A stretch of 64,000 nt of DNA, from the NCBI GenBank assembly GCA_041946735.1, contig JBHGAY010000017.1, forward strand, positions 56,009-120,008. The letters run 5' to 3'. This DNA comes from Candidatus Eiseniibacteriota bacterium. Its GTDB lineage: Bacteria; Eisenbacteria; RBG-16-71-46; CAIMUX01; VGJL01. The translations under genes were made by a program, and so were the position numbers. Below are positions 29,775-40,151 of this stretch, in pieces. The stretch's first letter is position 1; each line of letters starts with the position of its first letter. The notes under the pieces were generated by a model that saw nothing but the letters and a program-made list of their open reading frames with translations, was not told where the DNA came from and did no database searches.

Positions 29775-32700
29775 CTAGCGTCCGAGCAGGATCAGCTTCC
29801 CGCTCGCCTCTCGCTCCTGCGACTGCAAGCGAACGAAGTAGATGCCGCCGGCGAGCGGATGGCCGCGGCGATCACGCCCATCGAAGAGGATGCGCCGCAC
29901 GCCGGCCGGCTGCGCCGCCCCCTCGTACGCGCGCACCAGCGCTCCGGTCACGTCGTAGACGCCCACCCGGTACGGCGCCGCCTCCTCCAGCGCGAACTCG
30001 ATCGCGATCGTCTGCCCCGCGGCCGGCACGCCGGCCGCCGGATTGGGCGCGATCGAGCGGATGCCGAAGCGAACGGGCTCCAGCGCGGGACTCTCAGCGC
30101 CGGCCGGTCCGAGAACGCTCTCGATCGAGAAGTCGTCCACCCCGGCCTCGACGATCGAGTCGTATCCTTCGTCGCTTGCCATGAAGCGAACCTGGACGTG
30201 TGCCGCCGGATCGACGTAGTCGGCGAGCCGGAATTCCATCCGCCGCCAGGCGGTCTCCGATTCGGTCGTGTTCTCGAGGCTGACCCAGCTCGCGCCGCCG
30301 TCATCGGTGATCTCCACGACCCACCAATCCTGGTTGCCGTTGAACCCCTCGTTGTTCGTGTACCACCGCCAGTAAACGAGGCGGGGATCGATGGCGCCCG
30401 ACAGATCGTAGACGGGAGAGAGGAGTGTCGTGCGTCCGCCGTCGATGTCGCTGACCGGCGCCTGGTCGCCCGGGTTCCCGTTACCCGTGACGAAGCAGAA
30501 CGTCCCCTCGGGAGTGTGGTCGTCCTCGGTCTGGACGATGCGGCCGTTGCGCCAGGTCCCGACCGGATCGACGCGGACCCAGAAGCCACGAAGGGCGTCG
30601 TCGCCGGGGGCGCCGGCGGTCCAACCCGACTCGGTCTCGAAAAGGTCCTCGACGTAGGAGTCGATCCTCGCGTCGAACGCCGCCTGGAACGGTTGGCCGC
30701 ACCAGGTGGTCATCGCGATCTCGAAGTGGACGAACCCCTCGGTCGGGATGCTGGCCGAGACGCTTCCGGCGAACGGCGGATCGAGTTCGGCCGAGCCGGA
30801 CGCGGGAAGGGAAGCGAGCCCGCTCTCCGCGACCGGGAGGGCGACGTCGCTCGTGTTCGCTGTCAGGGTCGCGGAGATCTCTCGCGCCCCATCGCTGCCG
30901 CTGTTGTGCAGGACGACGTGGAGGAGGAACGGCTCGTTCGGATCGATGTCCCCCTCGCCGTCGCCGTTCGCCTGGTCCTCGATCGACCAGGAGGCGAGAG
31001 AAAGGATCGGCGCGTGCAGCGTGAGGTCGAACTCTTCGATCCAGATCCGCTGTCCGCCGTCCGTGATCTCGGCCGTCCAGCGCGTCGATTCTCCGTCGAT
31101 CGCGTCCGGCGCGATCCGCACGAGGAACGGCGTGAGGTTCTCGCCCGACTGGCCCCCCGCGATCGGATCGTACCCCGCCTGCCCCTGCTCGATCGTCACG
31201 TGCGGGTTGTCGCAGGAGACGGTGACAGTGAGCGCGGTCGACGCGATATGGCCGATGTTCTCGAGCGACAGGTACATCTCGATCCGCTCGCCCGCGTCCG
31301 CCTCGCCGTCGCCGTCTCCGATGGAGGCGCCTGCGCCGTCGTCGTCGAGCGACGTCGCGCCCCACACGATCCAAGGTTGCTGGCCCGGATCGACGGCGAT
31401 CGTCCCCTCGCCGGGGAGATAGTCGAGCTTGACGGCCTTGACGTGAAGCGGAGCGGGATAGTTCGGGGTGGGAGAGAGGAGCACCACTCCCTGCGCATTC
31501 GTCTGCCCCGTCACCGCCGTCGAGAGATCGTCCGCCCAGATCGTCACGGCCGCTTGCGCGACCGGCAGGCCGTTGCAGAGCACGCGGACCGAGTAGGCCT
31601 CCTGCCCCATCGTGAACGCGCCGGTGTGCAGGAGCGAGAGCGTTCCCCGCGATGATCCCCACTGAGGCAGGGCCGGATCGCCGAGCAGGCACAGCTCGTA
31701 ATGGCACCAGAGATTCCAGGCGTCGAGGATGGCGACGTTGTCCACCTTCGAATCGACGTTGCAGTCGCCGATCAGGCCGATCCCCTCGCCATAGCGCGCG
31801 TCGACGAACTGGCGGTCGTAGTGCTGCGACGGACCGGTCGCCCAGCCGGGGCAATACCATCCGTACCGGGTGTTCCCGAGGTAGGCCGAAGCCGCGTGTT
31901 CCTCGAGCGTCGCGACTTCGGAGAAGGCCTGCGTCCAGTTCGCGTCGAAGTTGTTGGCGTAGCATCCCTGCGACGAGATGAACGCGTAGCTGTGCGAGAC
32001 GCCGTCGTTCGTCAGCGCCGCGAGATCGGCATTGTACATCTTCATGTTGTAGTCGGTCCCCGAGTGGCCGAGATGATGGCTCGTCGGGAATCCCTGGTTG
32101 TAGAGCGCGATCAGCTCCGCGGACGTCCACGAGTACCCGTTCTCGTCACAGAGCATCTCCTTCTGGAACGCGTCGGGATAGCCGTACGTGCAGTAGCCGA
32201 ACTCGCATGTGTAGTAGGTCAGCCGGTCCATGTAGATGCAGCTGTAGGTCGGGACGTCGTCCATTCGCTCGCCGATGAAGAGCGCCTTCGTCAGCTCGGA
32301 GACGACCGGGTGCTCCGCGTACATCCGGTTCTTGTGCATCCAGCGCGAGAGTTCCAGAGGATCGTGAGCGGTGACACGACCCGCGGCGACCTCGCCGACC
32401 AGGTCGAACTCGTCCCACTCTCCCCAGCGGTCGTCGCCGTCTGCGTTCCACGTGCCGTCGAGCCCCTCGTAGTAGCAGTCGCCGGGGAAGGCGTCGATCG
32501 TGCCCCCCGCGTCGACGTAGAGATTCCGCACCGGGACGGCGTCGTAGTCGCCGCCGAGGAGCAGGTAGCGCGTCTGCCAGCTCTGGTAGGCGTCGAGCAC
32601 GAAGGCGCGGAGCTTCTGCGCGGCGTCGATCCCTTCGTACTGCTGCTCGATCCACGACATGAGCACGATGGTCGCCGGCAGACCGCGGCTTGTTTCGTAG

Positions 32701-33551
32701 ACGGCCAGCTCCTGGTACGCCTCTGCGAGCGGCTCCGTCGTCACGATCACGTACGGGAAGAACCCAGGATCGACGCGCCCCGCGGCCGTCGGCGCCGTCT
32801 CGCACGTCTCGTAGAGGGCGAGATCGTCCGGATTGGCGACGAGCGACCCCAGGCGCTCGAGGGCCTCCGGGGTCCGTCGCAGGTTCTCGATCCGCCGCGC
32901 GTCGACGCCCGCGATCGGGGCGGTTTCGATCTCGAGCCTGATCGTGGGATACCAGGCGAGCGACCGGGACGCGGGCCTGTAGACGACAGGGCAGACGCGA
33001 AGGAAGGCGAGGCGATGCCCGAAGCCGGTCTGCTCCGTCACCAGATGCGCCGGATCGGATGGAAACGGCGCGTCGGAGCCGTAGACCGCCGCGTCGGGTG
33101 GCGTTGGCGGGAACGGGCCCGCGGCGCTGATCGGACGCGGAGGCTGCCCGGGCGCCAAGTCGACCGGCCCGGCGACGACCTGCTCCTGCGCCGGGATCGC
33201 CCGCACCCGGATCACCTGCTCCCCGGGCGCCAGGACGATCGCCTGCGGGCTGTAGGGGAGGACCGGCTTGCCGGGATCGAAGACCGGCTCGCATCCGGGC
33301 ACCGCAACCCGTGAGCCTCCCGCAGGATCTTGCGTCACGACCGGCGCCTCGAAGGACAGATCGAGCCGGATCATCGAGGCCTGCGCGGAGCCGGACGCCG
33401 CCAGAACGGCCGCGACGCCGAGCAAGGCGAGAACCGGCAGCAGCAGGCTGCCGCGCGCGGCGGAACGGCCGGCGGGGCGGCGGGAGCCGGGTCCCGCGAA
33501 GGTGCGATGAAGTCGAAATGGGTTGCAGCCGGTCGGGCTCCGGAATGCCAT
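29775..33551 (-). CDS. Gingipain-like C25 peptidase with FlgD-like tail
   Basis: LLGGD, HLGHS (His), SQGCY (Cys) and LLGDP motifs; C-terminal FDGRDRRG..LAGGIYFVRL. Start position uncertain. Confidence 0.85.
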   Translation of the reverse strand: MAFRSPTGCNPFRLHRTFAGPGSRRPAGRSAARGSLLLPVLALLGVAAVLAASGSAQASMIRLDLSFEAPVVTQDPAGGSRVAVPGCEPVFDPGKPVLPYSPQAIVLAPGEQVIRVRAIPAQEQVVAGPVDLAPGQPPRPISAAGPFPPTPPDAAVYGSDAPFPSDPAHLVTEQTGFGHRLAFLRVCPVVYRPASRSLAWYPTIRLEIETAPIAGVDARRIENLRRTPEALERLGSLVANPDDLALYETCETAPTAAGRVDPGFFPYVIVTTEPLAEAYQELAVYETSRGLPATIVLMSWIEQQYEGIDAAQKLRAFVLDAYQSWQTRYLLLGGDYDAVPVRNLYVDAGGTIDAFPGDCYYEGLDGTWNADGDDRWGEWDEFDLVGEVAAGRVTAHDPLELSRWMHKNRMYAEHPVVSELTKALFIGERMDDVPTYSCIYMDRLTYYTCEFGYCTYGYPDAFQKEMLCDENGYSWTSAELIALYNQGFPTSHHLGHSGTDYNMKMYNADLAALTNDGVSHSYAFISSQGCYANNFDANWTQAFSEVATLEEHAASAYLGNTRYGWYCPGWATGPSQHYDRQFVDARYGEGIGLIGDCNVDSKVDNVAILDAWNLWCHYELCLLGDPALPQWGSSRGTLSLLHTGAFTMGQEAYSVRVLCNGLPVAQAAVTIWADDLSTAVTGQTNAQGVVLLSPTPNYPAPLHVKAVKLDYLPGEGTIAVDPGQQPWIVWGATSLDDDGAGASIGDGDGEADAGERIEMYLSLENIGHIASTALTVTVSCDNPHVTIEQGQAGYDPIAGGQSGENLTPFLVRIAPDAIDGESTRWTAEITDGGQRIWIEEFDLTLHAPILSLASWSIEDQANGDGEGDIDPNEPFLLHVVLHNSGSDGAREISATLTANTSDVALPVAESGLASLPASGSAELDPPFAGSVSASIPTEGFVHFEIAMTTWCGQPFQAAFDARIDSYVEDLFETESGWTAGAPGDDALRGFWVRVDPVGTWRNGRIVQTEDDHTPEGTFCFVTGNGNPGDQAPVSDIDGGRTTLLSPVYDLSGAIDPRLVYWRWYTNNEGFNGNQDWWVVEITDDGGASWVSLENTTESETAWRRMEFRLADYVDPAAHVQVRFMASDEGYDSIVEAGVDDFSIESVLGPAGAESPALEPVRFGIRSIAPNPAAGVPAAGQTIAIEFALEEAAPYRVGVYDVTGALVRAYEGAAQPAGVRRILFDGRDRRGHPLAGGIYFVRLQSQEREASGKLILLGR

Positions 33552-33679
33552 CGAACGCTCCCCTCTGCCGCCGTGGCGCCACGACGCCACGGCACGCGAA
33601 TGCCCCCCCGGGTGCGGCGCGGACCGGATCGGAGCAGCGGCCCCGGGAGCTGGAAAGAACCCGAAACGATTGTACAGGC

Positions 33680-35845
33680 TTAGCGGACTCGAAGGATCGG
33701 GCTTTTCTCCGTCCTTCCACCCGATTCGAGCCACGCCTCGTAGCGCCCCGCGGCGGCGGGTCGTCCCCGCGCGTCGCGGCCGTCCCATTCGACGCGATGG
33801 GGACCCGCGCCAATCTCCGCATCGAGGAGGCGCGCCACGAGCCGCCCGTCGGGGCCGACGATGCGTAGGAGAGCCCTGCCCGGGGCCGCGAGTTCGAAGG
33901 CGAGCGCGACCAGCCCACGGGACGGATTGGGGAAGATGCGGAGGGTGGAAAGGTCGAGCGCGGCCGGCAAGGCGGCGCGCACGCCGCAAGCGGCCTGGGG
34001 TTCCGCGAGGATCTCGAAGTCGTCGATCGCCGCCTCCACGCAAGAGGGCTCGCCGAGGTCGGAAGCTACGAACCGGATTTGGACGATGCCGAGATCGCGA
34101 CCGAGGAGCTGATGGAGGTCGGCATCGATCGGGATCCACCTCTCGTCGGACGCTGTGGTGTTCTCGATGTCGACCCAGGGACCGCCGTCGTTGCTCGCCT
34201 GCACGATCCAGGGATCGCGCCCGGGATCGCCTCCCTGGGAGTTCGAGAACCAACGCCAGTAGCGAACGCGCGCCGTTCCGGCGCCGCCAAGGTTGTAGCC
34301 GGGAGTGAGGAGCGTCGTCGGGCCTCCGTCGACGTCGTTCCAGCCGCTGCCCTGCGTGGAATCCTGCTGGCCGGTGACCCAGCACGCGCGACCGCGCGGG
34401 GAGTGGTCGTCGCCCGGCTGCGCTGCGCTCGGCACCGGATCGACGCGCTCCCAGATTCCCGATTGCGCGGCGTCCCCCGGCAAGCCGGCCTGGAAGCCGC
34501 CATCGCTCGCCTCGAAGTCCTCCCACTCGCGCGCCACGTCGAAGACGAAGAGCTCTTGCCCCTCGGGCACGCGCGCCGCGTGCCCCTCGAGGTCGCATGC
34601 CCGGAGGAAGTACTCGACACGCGCCGGCATCGCGGGAGCTTGGATCTCCGCGATCCATGTCTCGCCGTCGGACTGAGGGCGGAGCGTCTGGCTCCGCCAC
34701 TCCCCGCCGTCGACACGGTGGAAGCAGCGGACGGAGTCGGCGAGGATCGGTGTGCCGTTCTTCGATCGGACCCGCGCCTCGATCTGCAAGGGCATCCACG
34801 GGTTGGTCGTCGTCGCGAGCGGGACGGTCTCGATGCGCACGCGCGGCGCAGGCTCCGGCACGAACAGGCAGGCCCCTTCTCCGATCGAGCAGTCCCCGTA
34901 GCGAATCTGGAACCAGCCCAGATCTCCCCAGCCGGTGCCCCAGCTGTTCTTGCAGATCCACGCCCCTTGACCGCCGCACGCGTCGTCGTCCCACCCGACG
35001 ATCACGACCGCGTGGTTGATGTCGCCGTGGCGGATCGTCGAATAGCAGCCGCCGCGGTAGTAATCGAAGTCTGGCAGGACGGCCATCGCGACGCTGATCG
35101 GCCCATGCAGGTAGACGGCTGCCTTGATGGACGGGACCGTCGGCTCGATCAGCAGGAACTCGCGCGTGCGAGTGAGCGGCTCGCATCCGTCGATGGCGCA
35201 GACGACGTTGTCGCTCGCCTGATACGGCATGCATTCCTCCGAAACCGCTCCAAGCCGGCGAAACACCTCCTCGCACCCTTCGAACCAACCGCCGCCGCAT
35301 CCGTAGCCGCTCCAGTTGCACGAGAGGAGCTGCTGCTCGCTCAGGTCGTACTCCTCCCCGTCCACGATCCGCGCGCACGCTTCGAGCGCTCCGCATGCGG
35401 AGAAGGCCCAGCAGCTCCCGCATCGCCCCTGGTTCTTCACCGGCGTCCATCCGTCGTGCTCGCGCCAGTCCCATCGGGCCGGAAGCTGGTCCTTCCCCAT
35501 CTGCTCCGACAAATCGACCTTGGGAAGGCTTTCGTAGTCCGGCGGCAGGCGGAACGTGAGGGTCGCCTCGAGCGCCGCCCATCCGCCCTCCGACACGGAG
35601 GTGGGGCCCGCGATCCAGTCCGCCCCGGTCGCATCGATCTGGCGGCGGATCTCCTCCAGCCGTGGATCCGAAGCGCCGGGGGAGGCCGCGGTGACAGGGA
35701 CGGCTGTGGCGGCGGGGGCGGCCGCCGCCACGCGGGGGGAGGACGAGCCGAGCCAGATGGAGAGGAGCCAGATCGGGGGCCAGGCGAGGAATACGGCGGC
35801 CGCCGGCGCGGCGATTCGGGTCCGGGGAAGGGAGCGATGCCGCAT
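33680..35845 (-). CDS. Papain-family C1A cysteine protease with FlgD-like tail
   Basis: WDWRE, NQGRCGSCWAF, LSEQQL, NHAV and KNSWG motifs; GGAGGT RBS. Confidence 0.9.
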   Translation of the reverse strand: MRHRSLPRTRIAAPAAAVFLAWPPIWLLSIWLGSSSPRVAAAAPAATAVPVTAASPGASDPRLEEIRRQIDATGADWIAGPTSVSEGGWAALEATLTFRLPPDYESLPKVDLSEQMGKDQLPARWDWREHDGWTPVKNQGRCGSCWAFSACGALEACARIVDGEEYDLSEQQLLSCNWSGYGCGGGWFEGCEEVFRRLGAVSEECMPYQASDNVVCAIDGCEPLTRTREFLLIEPTVPSIKAAVYLHGPISVAMAVLPDFDYYRGGCYSTIRHGDINHAVVIVGWDDDACGGQGAWICKNSWGTGWGDLGWFQIRYGDCSIGEGACLFVPEPAPRVRIETVPLATTTNPWMPLQIEARVRSKNGTPILADSVRCFHRVDGGEWRSQTLRPQSDGETWIAEIQAPAMPARVEYFLRACDLEGHAARVPEGQELFVFDVAREWEDFEASDGGFQAGLPGDAAQSGIWERVDPVPSAAQPGDDHSPRGRACWVTGQQDSTQGSGWNDVDGGPTTLLTPGYNLGGAGTARVRYWRWFSNSQGGDPGRDPWIVQASNDGGPWVDIENTTASDERWIPIDADLHQLLGRDLGIVQIRFVASDLGEPSCVEAAIDDFEILAEPQAACGVRAALPAALDLSTLRIFPNPSRGLVALAFELAAPGRALLRIVGPDGRLVARLLDAEIGAGPHRVEWDGRDARGRPAAAGRYEAWLESGGRTEKSPILRVR

Positions 35846-36097
35846 GACGAAGCACCTCCAGCGCGATGATTGTGCGCCCGCGGTGGGTGTCCGTCCAGAG
35901 GAACGCATCCGCCGACTATTCGCCGCCGTTGTTCAATCGATCATGAATGCGAATCCATGCCGTTCCCGGAGCTTCTTCTCGCAGCGACGAAGGTTTGGTG
36001 GTAGAATCAACGCGGTCGCAAAACGACCCAAGAGTTGGGAACTCAAGCCGTTCCGGGTCGGCGACACATCACCAGATCGTTCTCCTTGGGGGGTGAA

Positions 36098-39000
36098 ATG
36101 ATCCACAGCCGTTGTCCGAGGCGCTTCTCCGGCGCACTCTCGATCGGCCTCCTCTTCGTCGTCCTTCTCGCCGCCACTTCCAGCATCGCTTCCGCTTCTT
36201 GGGTCTCGCTGGGCGGCGCCGAGGGGAGCCCGGTCGATGTCCGAGTCCTGGAATCGGGACCGGACCGCATCGTCCTCGACTACACGATCCCCGGTTTCTA
36301 CGCCGAACCGGTCACGATCTCCGGGCAGACCTACTACCGGATCTCCCTCCCGGGGGAGGGCCTTCTGCTTCAGGAAGGCCTGGCGGAGCTGCCGCACGTC
36401 GCGCGCAGCGTGCTGATCTCGGACCGGGCGAAGATGGAGGTCCATTTGCTCGACGAAGAGTCGCAGGACTTCCCGCTCGCCGTCGTTCCTTCGAAGGGGA
36501 ACCTGCCGAGGACGGTGGATCCCGCGGACGTTCCGTTCCGCTTCGACCCCGCGTACGGCAGCGACCGTTTCTATCCGGAGATCGAAGCGCGCGGCGGCGC
36601 CCCGTACATCCTGCGTGATTACCGCGGGATGGTCGTCGACGCGATGCCGTTGCGCGCGCGCGGGATCGACGGGACCCTGCGTGCTGCCCGGCACATGCAG
36701 ATCGAAGTCGTGGCGACCGGCGTGGACGAAGAGAACGTGATCCACCGCGCGGGTCCGCCTGAGTCGATCGTCTCCGACTTTGCCCAGGTCTACGAGGACC
36801 GGTTCGTCAACTGGGCGATGGACCGCTACACGCCCGTCGTCGAGCGCGGCAAGATGCTCATCATCACCGACGACGCCTTCCACGCGAACGTGGCCCCGCT
36901 GGCCGAGTGGAAGAAGCAGTCGGGCATTTCCACGCGGATCGTCGACGTCTCGACGATCGGCAACACGTGGACCGCCATCAAGGCGTACATCCAATCGACC
37001 TACGACACCGAGGGAGTCGCCTTCGTGCTGCTCGTCGGCGACAACGCTCAGGTGGCGACCCCGCATGCGGGCGGGGGAGCGTCGGACCCGACCTACTCCC
37101 TCGTCCGCGGCGGGGACAACTACCCCGATCTCTTCGTCGGGCGGCTCTCCGCCGGCACTCCCGCGGAGGTCGACATCCAGGTCCTCAAGACGATCGGCTA
37201 CGAGAAGACCCCGCAGATCGGCGCGTCCTGGTATGCGAAGGGGACCGGCATCGGCTCGGACCAGGGTCCCGGCGACGACGGGGAGTACGATTACCAGCAC
37301 ATCGACAACATCCGGACGGATCTCCTGAACTACGGCTACACCCTAGTCGATCGGATCTACGATCCGGGCGCCACCGCGGCCATGGTGACCACCGCCCTCA
37401 ACGAGGGACGGAGCATCGTCAACTACTGCGGACACGGTTCGCAGAACGCCTGGTCGACGACCGGCTTCTCGAGCTCCAACGTCAGCGCTCTTCACAACGA
37501 GTGGATGCTGCCGTTCATCTGGAGCGTCGCCTGCGTCAACGGGCAGTTCGAGAACGCGACCTGCTTCGCCGAGACGTGGCTTCGCGCGAACCAGGCGGGC
37601 GTGCCGACGGGCGCGGTCGCCACCTACATGTCGTCGATCAATCAGACCTGGAACCCGCCGATGGCGGCCGAGGACGAGTTCGTCGATCTGCTGACGCAGG
37701 ATCAAATGCATACCTTCGGGGGATGCAGCTACAACGGCTCCTGCAAGATGATCGATCAGTACGGCAGCGGCGGCGTCGACATGTTCCTTACCTGGCACAT
37801 CTTCGGCGATCCTTCGCTTCTCCTGAGGACGAAGACTCCCATCGCCATGACGGCCCAGCACAGCGGTGGGATGATCATCGGGCAGACCGACTACCCGGTC
37901 GTCGTCCCCGGAGTCGCCAACGCCCTCTGCGCTCTCTATGCCGACGGCGTTCTCTACGGCGCCGCCTACACGGACGGCGGCGGAATGGCGACGGTCCACA
38001 TCGACAACCCGCCGGGCGAGGCGATGACGTTGACCCTCACCGTTTGCGCCTACAACCACATCCCGGTCATCGAGCCGGTCGAGGTGCTTCCTCCGAGCGG
38101 TCCGTTCGTCGTCTTCGCCGGCTCTTCGGTCGACGATCAGGAAGGCGGCAACGGCGACCTCGATTGCGACGCGGGCGAGATCGTCGATCTCTTCGTGACC
38201 TTGGAGAACATCGGAACCTCCCCGGCCACGAACGTGACCGCCGTCCTGAGCGCCGGGGACGATCCCTACGTCGAGATCCAAATCGACACGCTGCCGTTCG
38301 GCGACATCAACCCCGGCGGAGAGGCCATCTCCCAGGGCGGCTATCGCATCCGGTTCACGGGCGACGCGCCCGACGGCTACTCGATCCCGTTCACCCTCGC
38401 CGTCCACTGCGATCAGGGCGACTGGGATCGCAGCTTCTCCTGCCCGGTGGCGGCCGCCGTGCTCGCCTACCAGTCGCACCTCGTGGACGACACGATCCCC
38501 GGCGGGAACTCCTCCGGATGGATCGACGCCGGCGAGCTGGTGAACGTCGCGCTGCGCCTCGGCAACACCGGCCACAGCACGGCGACGAACGTGGTCGCCA
38601 CCCTCATGCCGATGAACCCGCTCGTGGAGATCGTGGACGGGACGGGGGAGGCGGCGATCCTCGAGGCGGGAGGCGAAGCGGTTCTGACGCCGTTCCAGAT
38701 CCGGATCCTGCCGGAGTGCCCGCAGCCGACGATCCTCACGCTCCGCGCGACGGTCGAGGCGGACTACGGCTACACCACCGGGTTGCAGTTCACGATCTCG
38801 GTCGGCGGTTTTGCGGACGACTTCGAAGCGCCGCACGGCTGGACCATCGGCGCTCCGGGCGACAACGCGACGAGCGGAATCTGGGTCCAGGCCGATCCGG
38901 TCGGGACGACCTACAACGGGCAGATCGCGCAGCCGGAAGACGACCATACCCTGACGCCCGGGACCGTCTGCTTCGTCACCGGCAACGGGTCGGTCGGCGG

Positions 39001-39667
39001 AGCGGCGGGCGAAGCGGACGTCGACGGCGGCAAGACCACCTTGCTCTCGCCGGTGTTCGATCTGAGTCACGTCGAGTCGGCGACGGTTCAGTACTGGCTC
39101 TACTTCACGAATCACCTCGGCAACAACCCGTCCCAGGACTATTGGGACGTCGAGGCGACCTCCAACGGCGTCGACTGGGTCCCGCTGGAGCACACCCTCA
39201 CGCACACCAACGGGTGGGAGCAGAGGACCTTCGTCCTCGAGCAGTTCGTGGGACTGACCAGCCAGGTGCAGCTGCGCTTCGTCGCGAGCGACACGGGAGC
39301 CGGCAGCCTGGTCGAGGCGCTCGTGGACGACTTCGTGCTGATCGCGACGACGCCCGTCATGGACGCGCCCGCCGCAGAGGCCTCTCTCTCGTACGCGATC
39401 CGCAACGTCAGCCCGAATCCGGCTCCCGGATCGACCGAGATCCGCTTCGAGGTCCCGGTCGAGGGTAGGGTGAGCCTGCGCGTCTACGACGTGCAGGGAC
39501 GTCTCGTGCGCGGCCTGCACGACGGGCAGGTGGCGGCAGGCGTCCACCAGCTCCAGTGGGACCGGCGCAACGACGGGGGGCACCTCGTCGGCTCCGGGGT
39601 ATACTTCGTCCAGATGCGGGCCGACGGATTCTCGCAGGTGCGCCCGGTGACGCTGATCGGGCGCTAG
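36098..39667 (+). CDS. Gingipain-like C25 peptidase with FlgD-like tail
   Basis: VVPSKGNL, LRDYRG, NYCGHG (His), SVACVNG (Cys) and FGDPS motifs; signal peptide. Confidence 0.9.
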   Translation: MIHSRCPRRFSGALSIGLLFVVLLAATSSIASASWVSLGGAEGSPVDVRVLESGPDRIVLDYTIPGFYAEPVTISGQTYYRISLPGEGLLLQEGLAELPHVARSVLISDRAKMEVHLLDEESQDFPLAVVPSKGNLPRTVDPADVPFRFDPAYGSDRFYPEIEARGGAPYILRDYRGMVVDAMPLRARGIDGTLRAARHMQIEVVATGVDEENVIHRAGPPESIVSDFAQVYEDRFVNWAMDRYTPVVERGKMLIITDDAFHANVAPLAEWKKQSGISTRIVDVSTIGNTWTAIKAYIQSTYDTEGVAFVLLVGDNAQVATPHAGGGASDPTYSLVRGGDNYPDLFVGRLSAGTPAEVDIQVLKTIGYEKTPQIGASWYAKGTGIGSDQGPGDDGEYDYQHIDNIRTDLLNYGYTLVDRIYDPGATAAMVTTALNEGRSIVNYCGHGSQNAWSTTGFSSSNVSALHNEWMLPFIWSVACVNGQFENATCFAETWLRANQAGVPTGAVATYMSSINQTWNPPMAAEDEFVDLLTQDQMHTFGGCSYNGSCKMIDQYGSGGVDMFLTWHIFGDPSLLLRTKTPIAMTAQHSGGMIIGQTDYPVVVPGVANALCALYADGVLYGAAYTDGGGMATVHIDNPPGEAMTLTLTVCAYNHIPVIEPVEVLPPSGPFVVFAGSSVDDQEGGNGDLDCDAGEIVDLFVTLENIGTSPATNVTAVLSAGDDPYVEIQIDTLPFGDINPGGEAISQGGYRIRFTGDAPDGYSIPFTLAVHCDQGDWDRSFSCPVAAAVLAYQSHLVDDTIPGGNSSGWIDAGELVNVALRLGNTGHSTATNVVATLMPMNPLVEIVDGTGEAAILEAGGEAVLTPFQIRILPECPQPTILTLRATVEADYGYTTGLQFTISVGGFADDFEAPHGWTIGAPGDNATSGIWVQADPVGTTYNGQIAQPEDDHTLTPGTVCFVTGNGSVGGAAGEADVDGGKTTLLSPVFDLSHVESATVQYWLYFTNHLGNNPSQDYWDVEATSNGVDWVPLEHTLTHTNGWEQRTFVLEQFVGLTSQVQLRFVASDTGAGSLVEALVDDFVLIATTPVMDAPAAEASLSYAIRNVSPNPAPGSTEIRFEVPVEGRVSLRVYDVQGRLVRGLHDGQVAAGVHQLQWDRRNDGGHLVGSGVYFVQMRADGFSQVRPVTLIGR

Positions 39668-39731
39668 ATCGAGCGGCGATCGCGCGGACGATCCGCGCTT
39701 TCGACCGACGCCGGCGGCAAGGGCCGGCTGC

Positions 39732-39762
39732 AGTGGGGCACGCCCGGGCGGCGTGCCCCACT
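39732..39762. terminator. 13-bp perfect hairpin downstream of the C25 gene (no U-tract)
   Basis: AGTGGGGCACGCC-CGGGC-GGCGTGCCCCACT. Confidence 0.5.
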
Positions 39763-39802
39763 CGCACAGTGGCAGGAGTCGGACGGCAGGAGGGAGGCTT
39801 GG

Positions 39803-40120
39803 ATGCGGACGAGCGCGATCGTCTTTCTCGCCTACGGGATCCTCGTGATCCTGGGCGGGCTGATGGGATACCAGAAGGCGAGGAGCATGCCGTCGCTCCT
39901 GAGCGGCGGGATCGCGGGCGTCCTGCTCGTGATCGGGGCCCTCGTCATGCTGCAGGGACGCCCGCAGGTCGTCTTCTTCGAGATGGCGGTCGCGATTCTG
40001 CTGATCCTCTTCTTCCTCTACCGGCTCCTCAGCACCGGCAAGCTGATGCCGGCCCTGCCCGCGATCGTGCTGTCGGCGATCGCGATCGTGGTCGCGCTCC
40101 TCGAGATCCGAAGACCCTGA
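39803..40120 (+). CDS. TMEM14 family small membrane protein
   Basis: YG.LV..GG.MGY.KARS.PSL..G and TGKLMPA motifs; hydrophobic helices. Confidence 0.85.
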   Translation: MRTSAIVFLAYGILVILGGLMGYQKARSMPSLLSGGIAGVLLVIGALVMLQGRPQVVFFEMAVAILLILFFLYRLLSTGKLMPALPAIVLSAIAIVVALLEIRRP

Positions 40121-40151
40121 TCCCGAGGCTGGGCCGATTCGAGTTCTGCGC